A DNA stretch of 64,000 nucleotides from the human T2T-CHM13v2.0 reference genome, Homo sapiens, in NCBI RefSeq assembly GCF_009914755.1, contig NC_060946.1; one strand, given 5' to 3'. Positions 47,250-60,571 of the stretch are shown piece after piece (positions within the stretch are counted from its first letter, which is position 1; every line of letters starts with the position of its first letter). The notes under the pieces were generated by a model. It worked only from the letters and a program-made list of their open reading frames with translations, made no database searches and was not told the DNA's origin. Position numbers and translations under genes: made by a program.

Positions 47250-49561
47250 AATAAATCCAGGTGGAAGACTAAATCCAAAGCTAGCAGAAGGAAAGAAATA
47301 ATAAAGAGCATAATTAGAGCATAAATCAATCAAATAGAAGGTTGGAGAGCAGTAGAATGAAAAAATTTAGATTCTTTGAAAGATCAAACCTTTCACTATA
47401 TTGACTGAGCAAAAGATGGAAGACTAATTATTAAAATAATAAATGAAAACAGAGCCATTACTACCAACTTTACAGAAATACAAAAGGATTATAGGAGTAT
47501 ACTGTGAACAACTGTCTAGCAACAAATTAGGTGCCCTGGATGAAATGGATGAATCGCTAGAAAGACACAAACTACCAAAGTGGCTCAAGAAGAAAGAGAA
47601 CATCTGAATAGACCTATAACCTAGGAGATTGAATTAGTAATCGAAAGCGATTAACAAAGAAACATTTATGACCAAATAGCTGCATTAACTGGTGAGTCAA
47701 CCTAACATTTAAAGAAGAATTAATACCATTTCTTCTCAAACTCTTCTGACAAAATATATGAAGAAGGAATACTTGCTAATTCATTTTTTGATAACAGCAT
47801 TATCCTTATATCAAAGGATATAATCAAAGGATTGTAAACTATCACCCTTTGAGATTTATCCCCAAAATGCAAGGGTGGTTCAACATATAAAAAATCAATC
47901 AGTGTAATATGCTGTAACAGTAAAATGAATAAGCACGTGATTATTTCAATTGATGCAGAGAAAACATTGATGAAATACAACACCCTTCTATAATAAAAAT
48001 ACTCAATAAACCAGGCATAGAAGGGATCTTCTGCAACATGACAATGGGATGTACAAAAACCCAACAGTTAATATCATGATGAATGATGAAACACTGAAAG
48101 CTGTTTTCCTAACATCTAGAAGAAAAGGATGGTGCATTTGCCACTTGTATTCAACGTAGCACTGGCAGTTCTAGCCAGAGCAATTAGGCAAGACAAAGAA
48201 ATAAAAGGCATCTAAATTAGAAATAAAAAATAGGTGTAAAATTATATCTACACATGATCTTATAGGTATAAAGCTCCAAACAAAACACAAAACCGATTAT
48301 AACTAATAAAAGAGGCAGGATGCAAACAAACATAGGCAAATGAGCTATATTTCTATATAGTTGTAAAGAACTATGAAAACATTTTAAAAATTCTATTTAT
48401 AATGACATCAAAGAATACGTTATTCAGGCATAAATCTAACCATGGTGGTATACACAAAACATTGCTGCAAAAAACTAAAGAGAGTGGAAATAAGTGGAAA
48501 GACATTCTGTGTTCACGGGTTGTAAGACAATATTGTTAAGATGACAATACCATCTAAAGTAATCTACAGATTCAATGCAATACCATCAAAATCCCAAAGA
48601 CATTTTTGCAGAAACAAAGAAACTCATTCTAAAATCATACAAAAATTCAAAGGATCTGACAGACAAAAGAGTCTTGAAAAAGAACATTGGAAAACTTACA
48701 TTTTTCAGTTTCACAGCCTACTACAAATCTACAGTAATCAAGAGAGTGTGGTACTGGAATAAGACCAATAGACTTTCAGACAAATACAATAGAACAGATT
48801 TGAGATCCTACAAGTTAGTCCTCACATATATGGTCAATGACTGTTCAACAAGGTGGCCAAGTCTAGTCAAGGGAGGAAAGAACAGTCTCTTCAACAGTTG
48901 GATGTCAGTGCACAAGAGAGAAGTTAGACCCCTACCTTGCAGTATATACAAAAATTAATTCTAAATTAATAAAAGACTTAAATGTAAGGACTAAAAATAT
49001 GTAACTCTTAGAAGAAAACACACGGTAAACCTTTATGACCTTTGAGTTTTAAGTGTATTTTGAAATATGACAGAAAAGCACAGATAACAAAAGAAAATAC
49101 ACGAAAATTAGATTTAATCAAAATAAAAAACCCTTTATGCATCAAAGGACACTATCAAGGGAGTGAAAAGACAACCCATAATATGTGAGAAAATATGTAT
49201 CTGATAAAATCAAAATGTGTATCTGATAAAAGCTTAATATCCCACAACTCAACAACAGAATTTCTAAGATCCCAATTAAAAAAATAGACAAAGGACTTGA
49301 ACAGACATTTCTCCAAAGAAGATACACAAATGTCTAAGAAGGAAAAGAAAAGATGCTAAACACCATTATTCATTAATAAAATGCAAGGCAAAACCCAAAT
49401 GAGATGCCACTTTGCATCCACTAGTAAGGCTTTCATAACAACGACACAGAAAATCAATGCTGCTAAGGAGGTGGAGAAACTGGAGCCCTCATGAACTGGC
49501 TGCTAGGAATAGAAAATGATGCACTTGCTGTGGAAAACAGTTTGGTGGTTCCTCAAAGAAT
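47250..49561 (+). mobile_element. Old L1 (L1M) ORF2 region, degraded
   Basis: L1 ORF2-like peptides (IYRFNAIP.., YYKSTVIKRVWYW..) with many frameshifts. Confidence 0.85.
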
Positions 49562-49574
49562 CACACAGAGAAAC

Positions 49575-50650
49575 AGGCGCCGCTGGCTTGCGGGTTCTCC
49601 TGGGCTGGTGCAGGACGTCCCGGAATCGCAGGCGCCCATTCCTTCCCGCCTGAGGGCCCGCCTGGCCGTGACTCCTGCCCCTCTCCTCCTCCGAAGAGAG
49701 ATCGGGGCCGCCCCAGGGGCCGTCTGCAGCCACCGGGGATGGGGCTGAGGGTCGGTTCCTGCCCCGGTGCAGCCGCCCCTGGGCAGACCGCCTGGCTTGG
49801 TCGCAGCCACGACGACATCTAGCCCCAGTTCTGCGAGGCTGGACGCGCCAGCCAGCTTGGGAGTCGCCCGGCGCCTGAAGCTGTGTGCCCAGGTGGTGGA
49901 GCATGCCCTGGGCCGCCTCTGGATCGCGGGTGCCCCTGGCCTGAGAGACTGCCAGACCCTGCCCCGGCCTGGCTCCTCCTCTGTCAGAGCTCCAGATATC
50001 TATCCAGGGGCCCTCTGCAGCCACCGGGGATGGGGCTGAGGGCCGGTTCCCGCCCATGTGCAGCTGCTGCAGGACAGACCGCCTGGCTTGGCCACAGCCA
50101 CAGGGACATTTGGCCCTGCTTCCGAGATGTGGTTAGTGTGGGCGAGCTCGGGAGTTGCCTGGAGGCTGCTGCCTGCACGCAGAAGGCGGCTGCAGCTCGG
50201 GTGCCCAGGCGGGCTGGAAGTGCATGGCCTGGTCGGCCTTGGGATTGCCAGCGCGCCCAGCCTGAGGGCCCCCAGGCCGTGCCTCCCGACCACTCCTCCA
50301 CCTGAGGGAGATCGGAGCCGTTTGTATGGGCACTCGGCAGTCACCTCGTGTGGGGTTGAGCGGTGGGTTCTCAGTTCTCGCTCCTGTGCAGCTGCTGCCG
50401 CAGGGCAGAATGCCTGGCTTGGCTGCAGCCACTGGGACACGTGGCCCTGCTTCTGTGATGCTAGGAGCGCGAGCGGGCTCGGGGGTTGCCAGGCAGCTGC
50501 TGCCTGCACACAGAGGGCGACGGCAGCTTGGGCGCCCAGATGGCGGAGCATGGTTTGGGTGGCCTCTGGAATGCGTGCGCGCCAGGCCTGAGGGTCACCC
50601 TGGTGGGGCCACATACCCCGGTCTTCCTCTGCTGGAGCCTGGAGCAGTTG
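49575..50650. repeat. CpG-rich block of ~3.3 diverged 290-320 bp units (CpG-island-like)
   Basis: Variants of 'gcagccaccggggatggggctgag..cctggcttgg..cagccac' occur at 49727, 50017 and 50337. Confidence 0.8.
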
Positions 50651-50919
50651 GAATGGCCACTATTCCGTCACAGGGGATAGAGTTAAGTTTTCTTATCCCA
50701 CCCATGCACACAAAAAGGTGACGATTCTGTGAGGTAATAAACGTGTTAATTGACTACATTCATGCCACTCTGCACCCACAAGTAAGGCTTTCATAACAAT
50801 GACACAGAAAATAAATGTTGCTAAGGAGGTGGAGAAGTTGGAGCCCTCATGATCTGGCTGTTAGGAATAGAAAATGATGCCCTTGTTGCGGAAAACAATT
50901 TGGTTGTTCCTCACAGAAT

Positions 50920-53463
<2,544 letters not shown>

Positions 53464-53756
53464 ACCCCTGAACCTGACCCTGACCCCTGACCCTGATCCC
53501 TAACCCCTGACCCTGACCCCTAACCCCTGACCCTAACCCTAACCCTTAACCGTAACCCCTAAGCCTAACCCCTAACCACAACCCTCACCCTCACACTAAT
53601 CCAACCCTAACCCCTTATCCCTAACCCCTAACCTCTCTTAACCTCTAACTCTAAACGTTGACTCTTAACTCTTAACTCTGACCCCAACCCCTATCTCCAA
53701 CCCCTAACCCTAAACTTAACCCCTAACCCCTAACCCTAACACCAACCTTAACCCTA
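53464..53756. repeat. Interstitial degenerate telomeric tract (CCCTAA/CCCTGA/CCCTCA variants)
   Basis: About 290 bp of directly visible hexamer variants. Confidence 0.95.
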
Positions 53757-54525
53757 GGTTCGTTACTACGTTTGTACTATGTCAATGTTGATTATTATGA
53801 TCTCTGTCTTAGGACTGCATGGCAGCAAGGGGATTGCGGATCTTATATTAATATTTTTGTATTGAGGCAGTGCATTAGCATTACAGGTGCTTGTTACATG
53901 AGCAATGGGAGTGTCATAATTTGGGTGTCATGTCTGCATTAGGAATGCTGCATTTGTCTTCCGAAGCTGCGGTGTGGATCTCGCACTGTGGCCGCCTCGG
54001 CTTGGCTGGGGAGAACCTCGGTTGGCAGGATTCAGAGGGGCTTTTGGTTTCCCTTTTCCACACTGAGCCCTTCTAACTGGTCTCTGGCCCTGATTATTCA
54101 GGGCTGCAAAAGGGAAGGATTTTATTCACCGTCTATGCGGTCCCGAGTTGTCCCAAAGCGAGGCAGTGCCCCAAAGGTCTGTGCTGAGGAGAACGCTGCT
54201 CTGCCTTAGCGGTGTCCCCCGGGTCTGTGCTGAGCAGAACGCAGCTCCGCCCTCGCGGTGCCCCCGGCCCGCCTGGGTCTGTGCTGAGGAGAACACTGCT
54301 CCGCCTTCGCTGTATCTCTGAAGTCTGTGCAGAGGAGAACTCAGCTCCGCCCTGGCGATGCTCTCCTTGGCTGTGCTGGGAAGAACGCAGCTCCGCCCTC
54401 GCAAAGGCGCACAGCGCCGGCACAGGCGCAGAGAGGCCCACAGCGCTGGCGAAAGGCGCAGAGAGGCCCACAGTGCCGGCGCAGGCGCAGAGAGGCCCAC
54501 AGCGCCGGCGCAGGCGCAGAGAGGC
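53757..54525. repeat. TAR1 telomere-associated repeat, including 37-bp-type repeats (~54177-54405) and 29-bp repeats (~54405-54525)
   Basis: 'gtctgtgctgaggagaacgcagctccgccctcgc' x5 and 'ggcccacagcgccggcgcaggcgcagaga' x4, next to the telomeric tract. Confidence 0.9.
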
Positions 54526-56052
54526 AGAAGGCCCATGAGGGGAAGGTGAGACACCTGGGGCAAAGAAGAAAAAAAAATGCGCCGCGAAGCAGTGTCTGGG
54601 TCATCCAGGGACGAAAGTTTTTTCCCATCAGCCCTTGCGCTGGGCCCCAGGGACCCTGGCATCCCTGGTTCACGCCCGGGGTGTGCCTCAGGCGACTAGG
54701 GGCACCCCAACTTGGACAGAAGGCCCATGAGTGGAAGTTGAAGTTTGTGGGAGGAGAGGTGAGGCACCAGGGGCAGAAAAAATAAAAAAAGAGGACCGCG
54801 TCTCAGAGAAGCGGGGCCTGGGTCCCCCACGGATGAAAGTGCCTTCCCATCAGGCCCTATGCTGGGCCTGGTGGACCCTGGCGACCCTGGTTCGAGCCCA
54901 GGGTGAGCCTCGGGACAGCTTGGGGTACCACAAAGCAAAGAAAAGGTCCATGAGGGGAAGGTGAGGCACCTGAGGCAGAGAAAAAAAAATGCTCAGCCGA
55001 GAAGCAGTGCCTGGGTCCCCCACGTATGAAAGTGACATCCCATCAGCCCCTTCGCTGGGCCCTGGGGACCCTGGCGTCCCTGGTTTGACCCTGGGGTATG
55101 CCTCGGGACAGTAGGGGTACCCCAAGGCGGGCAGAAAACCCCTAAGGGGAAGGTGAGGCACCTAGGGCAGAGAAAAAAAAAACTTCACCGCGGAGAAACA
55201 CGGCCTGGGTGCCCCACAGACGAAAGTGTCTTCCCATCAGTCCCTGCACTGGGACCCAGGGACCCTGGTGTCCCTCGTTCGAGCTCAGGGTGTGCCTCGG
55301 CCGCTAAGTGCACCCCAAGGGGGCTTTGGGGATACAAAACCCGTGAGGGGAAGGTGAGTTTTGAGGGAGGAGAGGTGAGGCACCTGTCACAGAAAAAGAA
55401 AAAAAAGAAACCCGCACCGCGGAAAGGTGGGGCCTGGGTACCCCACGGATGAAAGTGCCTTCCCATCAGCCCCTGCGCTGGGCCCCGGGGAACCTAGAGT
55501 CCCTGGTTGGAGCTCAGGGAGAGTCTCGGGCCACTAGGGATACCCCAACGCGGTGGAAAGTCCATGAGAGGAAGGTGAGCTGTGAGGGAGGAGAGGTGAG
55601 GCACTTGTGGCAGAAAAGAAAAAGAAACCGCGTCACGGAAAAGTGGGGCCTGGGTCTCCCATGGAAAAAAAGTGCCTTCCCATCAGTCCCTGAGCTGGGC
55701 CCCGTGGACCCAGGCGACCCTGGTTCTAGGCCTGGGTGCACCTCGGGCCCGCTAGGTGTACCCCAAAATGGGCAGAAGGCCCATGAGGGGAAGGTGAGGT
55801 TTGAGGGAAGAGAGGTGAGGCACCTGCGGCAGAAAAAAAAATAACCGTGGGGAAGAGAAGCGGGGCCTGGGTCTCCCACGGACGAAAGTGCCTTCTCATC
55901 AGCCCCTGCGCTGGGCCCCCTGGACTCTGGCGACCCTAGTTCAAGGACCAGAAGAGACTCCGGCATGCTAGGGTACCCTAAGGAAGCCAGAAAGCCCATG
56001 AGGGGAAGGCGAGATTTAAGGGAGGAGAGGTGAGTCACCTGTGGCAGAAAAA

Positions 56053-56129
<77 letters not shown>

Positions 56130-57555
56130 CACCTCGGAGAAGCCGGGCCTGGGTCCCCACTGATGAAAGTGCCTTCCCAACTCGGGCCTGCTCGTGGTAC
56201 CCCAAAGCAGGCAGAAGGCCAGTGAGGGGAAGGTGAGGCACCAGGGGCGGAGAAAAAAATCCGCAGCTTTGAGAAGCGGGGCCTGGATACGCACCGATGA
56301 AGGTACCTTCCCATCAGCCCCTGCGCTAGGCCCCAGCAACCATGGCATCCATGGTTCGAGTCCAGGGAGAGCCTTGGGCCGCTAGGGGTACCCCAAGTAG
56401 AGCAGAAAGCCCATGATGGGAAGTTGACATTTGAGGGAGGAGAGGTGAGGAACCTGTGGCAGAAAAAAAAAAAAGAAAACAAGCCGCGCCTAGGAGAAGC
56501 TGGGCCTGGGTCCCCCAAGGATGAAAATGCCTTCCCATCAGTCCCTGCGCTGGGCCCTGTGGACGCTGGAAACCCCGGTTCGAGCTCCGGGTGCACCTCG
56601 GGCCTGCTAGGGGTACCACAAGGGGGGCAGAAATCCCATGAGGGGCAGTTGAGGTTTGAGGAAGGAGAGGTGAGGCACCTGTGGCAGAAAAAAAAAACTG
56701 CACCACGAAGAAGCGGAGCCTGGGTCCCCAACGGACGAAAGGGTCTTCCCATCAGCCCTTGCGCTGGGCACAGGGGACCCTGGCATTCCTGGTTTGAGAC
56801 CAGGGTGCGCTTCAGGCCGCTAGGGGTACCCCAAGACAGACAGAAGGCCCATGAGGGAAAGGTGAGACACCTGGGGCAGAGAACAAAATAGAAAAGTGCG
56901 CCCCCCAGAAGTGGGGCCTGGGTTCCCCATGGACGAACGTCCCTACCCATAAGCCCTACACTGGGCCCCGGAGACCCTAGCATCCCTGGCTCAAAACAAG
57001 GGTGCGCCTCGGGCCGGCTAGGGGTACCTCAGGGCGGGCAGAAAGCCCATGACGGGAAAGTGAGGCACCTGGGGAAAAGAAAAGAAAAAAAACGCCACAA
57101 AGAAGCAGAGCCTGGGTCCCCGAGGAAGAACGTGTCTTATCATCAGCCACTGCGCTTGACCCTGTGGAACCTGGCTTACATGGTTCGAGCCCAGGGTGTG
57201 CCTTGGGCCGCTAGGGGTACCCCAAAGCGTGCAGAAGGCACAAGAGGGGAAGGTGAGGTACCTGGGGCAGAGAAAAAAAAATCCAGCCGCGGAGAAGCGG
57301 GGACTGGGTCCTCCACACGGACGAAAGTGTCTTCCCATCAGGCCTTGGGCTGGGCCTCAGGGACCCCGGAGTCCCTGGTTCGATCCCACAGTGCACCTCG
57401 GGCGGCTAGGTGTACCCCAAGGCAGACAGAAGGCACATGAGGGGAAGGTGAGATTTGAGGAATGAGAGGAGAGGCATCTATGGGAGGAAAAAAAAAACCG
57501 CGCAACGGAGAAGCAGGGCATGGGTTCCCCACAGACGAAAGTGCCTTCCCATCAG
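54526..57555. repeat. GC-rich ~190-225 bp tandem repeat with A-tracts (~15 units), a subunit of the ACRO composite repeat
   Basis: Units of 'cagaaggcccatgaggggaaggtgag..gcacctg..gcagaaaaaaa..gaaagtgccttcccatcag..ctaggggtacccc' start at ~54526, 54717, 54941, 55131, 55334, 55555, 55773, 55988, 56212, 56403, 56628, 56841, 57039, 57232 and 57427. Confidence 0.85.
56061..56126. repeat. (AT)33 microsatellite
   Basis: A perfect run following an A-tract. Confidence 0.97.
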
Positions 57556-57740
57556 GCACTGAGGGTTTGAAACAGAATGAGGAGTGACTAATGTCTACTG
57601 GGTTTTTCTCTGGTCGGGGGTGATAAGACGTTCTACAATGGATTGCGAATTAAAATTGAATGTGCACAACCACAGGTATACTAAAAACCACTCAATTCAT
57701 GACTTTTAATGGGGGAATCTTAAGTGGCGCACTCTCATGG
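57556..57740 (+). mobile_element. L1M (L1MB-like) 3'UTR fragment
   Basis: 'gaggagtgactaatg..gggtttttc..ggggtgataa..tatactaaaaaccactcaatt'. Confidence 0.65.
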
Positions 57741-58379
57741 AGACCACGGCAGACATAGTGAGAGAGAAAAAGGTGAGTAAATACCTGAAACGGAGGCAGA
57801 AACAGAGAGAATGAAAAGCCCTGTGAATGGAAGGGAGAGCGAAAAGGGAAAATGGTCCTATTTAAAATGACAGATGTGAAACTGGGGTTCACATCAACAG
57901 TGTCACCGCCAGGAAGGAGGGTGATGCTAGCCACGTCACCGGTAGTGTGTCCCGCAGGGACGCCGACCTGCTGGAGCGTCATACCAGCATGGGCTCTGGC
58001 AGCCATGTGGGCCAGCAGGAGGTTCCCGCTGCAGAGCTGTGGGGTGAGGATAGACTGGGTGGTAATATCGGCCATGACAGGGGCCTCTTCTGCTGGCAAG
58101 AGTGTGACAGTAGCAAGTAGATGGACAGGCCTGCGTGTGAGGACAGAATGCAGGAGCGGCTCTTGTGCGGCTTGGTGTGGGGCCCTCACGGGAACCGTGG
58201 AGTAATGACCATGTAACTGCGTCATGTGGGCTAGTAGACTGGCCAGGGATTCGAACTGAAGGACAATAACGGGGAGTAGCTGTCAGGCCCTGGGAGTGTC
58301 TGAGTGTAAGTGGAGATGGGTTTGGGGTCACTGAGGGATGCGTGGGAGCCATCCCTGTATAGGTACAGGTCATAGGGAG

Positions 58380-60110
58380 ATAGTCTCGTGTGGCCTGTGA
58401 GTGTCTAGGGTTGTCCTGGGTGCCAGGGGCTGACTGTGGCAGAAATGTGGGGAAGGCTGGAGAGAAGCTGGGAGACCCAGGAGAGTCCCTGAAGGCAGGG
58501 GGTGAAGAGGTGAAAGAAATGAGGGAGGGTTGCAGTAAGGTCCGTGAGTTTGTAGGTGATTCCTGGGTGCGGGAAGCTGACTCCAGGTGAAATCTGGAGA
58601 TGGTTGCAGAGTAGCTGAGAGAGACAGAAGAGTCCCTGAGGGCTGGGGGTGAGCACATGAGGGAGACTGGGGAGTAAGTCAGTGAAATTCGTGAGTTCGG
58701 TGGTGTATCGTGGGTGCCTGGAACTGACTCCAGCTAGAATCTACAGAAGTTTGAGAGTAGCTGAAAGAGACACAAGAGTCCCTGTGGGCTGAGGGCAAAG
58801 ACCTGAGAGAGACCAGGGAGGACGTCAGTGAAGTCTGTGAGTCCGTAGGTGATTCTGGAGTGTGGGAGGCTGACTCCCGCTGAAATCTGGGCGTGGTGGG
58901 GGAGTAGCTGGGACAGACAGGCGAGTCCCTGAGGGTTCGAGATAAAGAGGGGCTAGAGACTGGGGAGTAACTCAGTGAAAGTGGTGGGCTTGGCGGTGAT
59001 CCCTGGGTTCCTGGAACTGACTCCCGCTGAAATGCGGGTGTGGTTGGAGAGTAGCTGGGACAGACTGGAGGGTCCCAGGGGGCTGGGGGTGAAGACATGA
59101 GAGAGACTGGGGAGTAACTCAGTGAAACTGCTGAGTTTGTAGGTGATACCTGGGTGCCTGGAACTGACTCACGCTGAAATCTGGGCATGGTTGGAGAGTA
59201 GCTGGGACACACAGGAGAGTCCCTGAGGGCTGGGGGTGAAGACATGAGAGAGACCGGGGAGTAACTGAGTGAAACTTTTGAGTTTGGTGGTGACCCCGGG
59301 GTGCCTGGAACTGACTCCAGCTGCAATGTGGGCGTGGTTGGAGAGTAGCTGGGACAGACGGGAGAGTCCCTGAGGGCTGGTGAAGACATGAGAGAGACTG
59401 GAGAGTAATTGAGTGAAATTGGTGAGTTTGGTGGTGATTCCTGGGTGCCTGGAACTGACTCCCGCTGAAGTGTGGGCGTGGATGGAGAGTAGCTGGGACA
59501 CACAGGAGAGTCCCTGAGGGTTGGAGATAAAGACGTGCTAGAGACTGAGGAGTAACTGAGTGAAATTGGTGAGTTTGGTGGTGATTCCGGGGTGCCTGGA
59601 ACTGACTCCAGCTGCAATGTGGGCGTGGTTGGAGAGTAGCTGGGACAGACGGGAGAGTCCCTGAGTGATGGTGAAGACATGAGAGAGACTGGGGAGTAAC
59701 GCAGTGAAATTGGTGAGTTTGGTGGTGATTTCTGGGTGCCTGCAACGGACTCCCGCTGAAGTGTGGGCGTGTTTGGAGAGTAGCTGGGACAGACAGGCGA
59801 GTCCCTGAGGGTTGGAGATAAAGACGTGCTAGAGACTGGGGAGTAACTCAGTGAAAGTGGTGGGCTTGGCGGTGATCCCTGGGTTCCTGGAACTGACCCG
59901 CGCTGAAATGTGGGCGTGGTTGGAGAGTAGCTGGGACAGACTGGAGGGTCTGTAAGGGCTGGGGGTGAAGACGTGAGAGAGACTGCCCAGGATCTCACTG
60001 AGGTCTGTGAGTTTGTAGGTGTTTCTGGGGTGTGGGGTACAGACTGCCGCGGAAATCTGGGCGTGGTTGGAGAGTAGCTGGGACAGACAGGAGAGTCATG
60101 GGTGGCTGGG
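58380..60110. repeat. ACRO1-type 147-bp satellite (~12 units; further degenerate units at 60440-60720)
   Basis: 'gagagtagctgggac' occurs at 59047, 59194, 59341, 59485, 59632, 59776, 59923 and 60070, giving periods of 147 or 144 bp. Confidence 0.88.
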
Positions 60111-60571
60111 GGTGAGCTGCTGGATGATGGCAGTAAGAACATATGGTATATTATTGATGAATGAGGTGACTGTGAAGAATCTCCAGAGGAGGACACGGGA
60201 GAACACAATGACATGAGTGACTGTCCTGCTTGGTTAGGAAAGGGAAACGTAAAGCTGTGGAATTCTGTTGATGATGGATGTGAGAGTGGTGAAGCCCTGC
60301 GGGATGATGTAGAGTACTTCCACATCCCTGGTGAGGAGCTGCCCCTTGGGACTGAGTTTCTGGGAGGGGAGAGGGAGAAGCTGGGTGAGGCAGGCATGAA
60401 TCTTGAGGAGTCAGGGCTGGGGGACCGCTCATATTCTCCCGAGACCTGTGAGTCTCTGGGGGACTCCAGGGTGCATGGGGCTGACTCCCGCAGGAACCTG
60501 GGGATGGCTGGAGAGTAACTGGGATCCACAGGAGAGTCCCTGAGGCCTGAGGGTGAAGAGACGGAAGACAC
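58679..60571 (-). CDS. 630-codon open frame of 48/49-aa repeats (RDSPVCPSYSPTTPTLQRESVPGTQESPPNSPISLSYSPVSLMSSPAL); RPB1-CTD-like, predicted disordered
   Basis: From the ORF track. It starts at GTG, and the first in-frame ATG at 60397 would give 572 aa. It contains 16 YSP motifs, 6 of them YSPTTP. Expression is not shown. Confidence 0.45.
   Translation of the reverse strand: MSSVSSPSGLRDSPVDPSYSPAIPRFLRESAPCTLESPRDSQVSGEYERSPSPDSSRFMPASPSFSLSPPRNSVPRGSSSPGMWKYSTSSRRASPLSHPSSTEFHSFTFPFPNQAGQSLMSLCSPVSSSGDSSQSPHSSIIYHMFLLPSSSSSPPATHDSPVCPSYSPTTPRFPRQSVPHTPETPTNSQTSVRSWAVSLTSSPPALTDPPVCPSYSPTTPTFQRGSVPGTQGSPPSPPLSLSYSPVSSTSLSPTLRDSPVCPSYSPNTPTLQRESVAGTQKSPPNSPISLRYSPVSLMSSPSLRDSPVCPSYSPTTPTLQLESVPGTPESPPNSPISLSYSSVSSTSLSPTLRDSPVCPSYSPSTPTLQRESVPGTQESPPNSPISLNYSPVSLMSSPALRDSPVCPSYSPTTPTLQLESVPGTPGSPPNSKVSLSYSPVSLMSSPPALRDSPVCPSYSPTMPRFQRESVPGTQVSPTNSAVSLSYSPVSLMSSPPAPWDPPVCPSYSPTTPAFQRESVPGTQGSPPSPPLSLSYSPVSSPSLSRTLRDSPVCPSYSPTTPRFQRESASHTPESPTDSQTSLTSSLVSLRSLPSAHRDSCVSFSYSQTSVDSSWSQFQAPTIHHRTHEFH

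Noticed and set aside
49491-50721. Multiple overlapping 85-204 aa ORFs
   Set aside because: These are expected in GC-rich, stop-poor repeats on both strands, and have no recognisable domain.
54126-57559. ORFs up to 285 aa in the GC-rich tandem repeat
   Set aside because: Unit lengths and A-tracts vary without regard to frame, and the frames switch between units.
57692-58225. 177-aa alternative-frame ORF
   Set aside because: It overlaps the repeat-continuous frame (58658-57936) and runs into L1-derived sequence. It is probably a shadow ORF.
58679-60571. POLR2A (RPB1) retrocopy
   Set aside because: The period is 147 bp rather than 21 bp, there are no tandem heptads, and no other RPB1 sequence is present. 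The similarity is limited to the motif.
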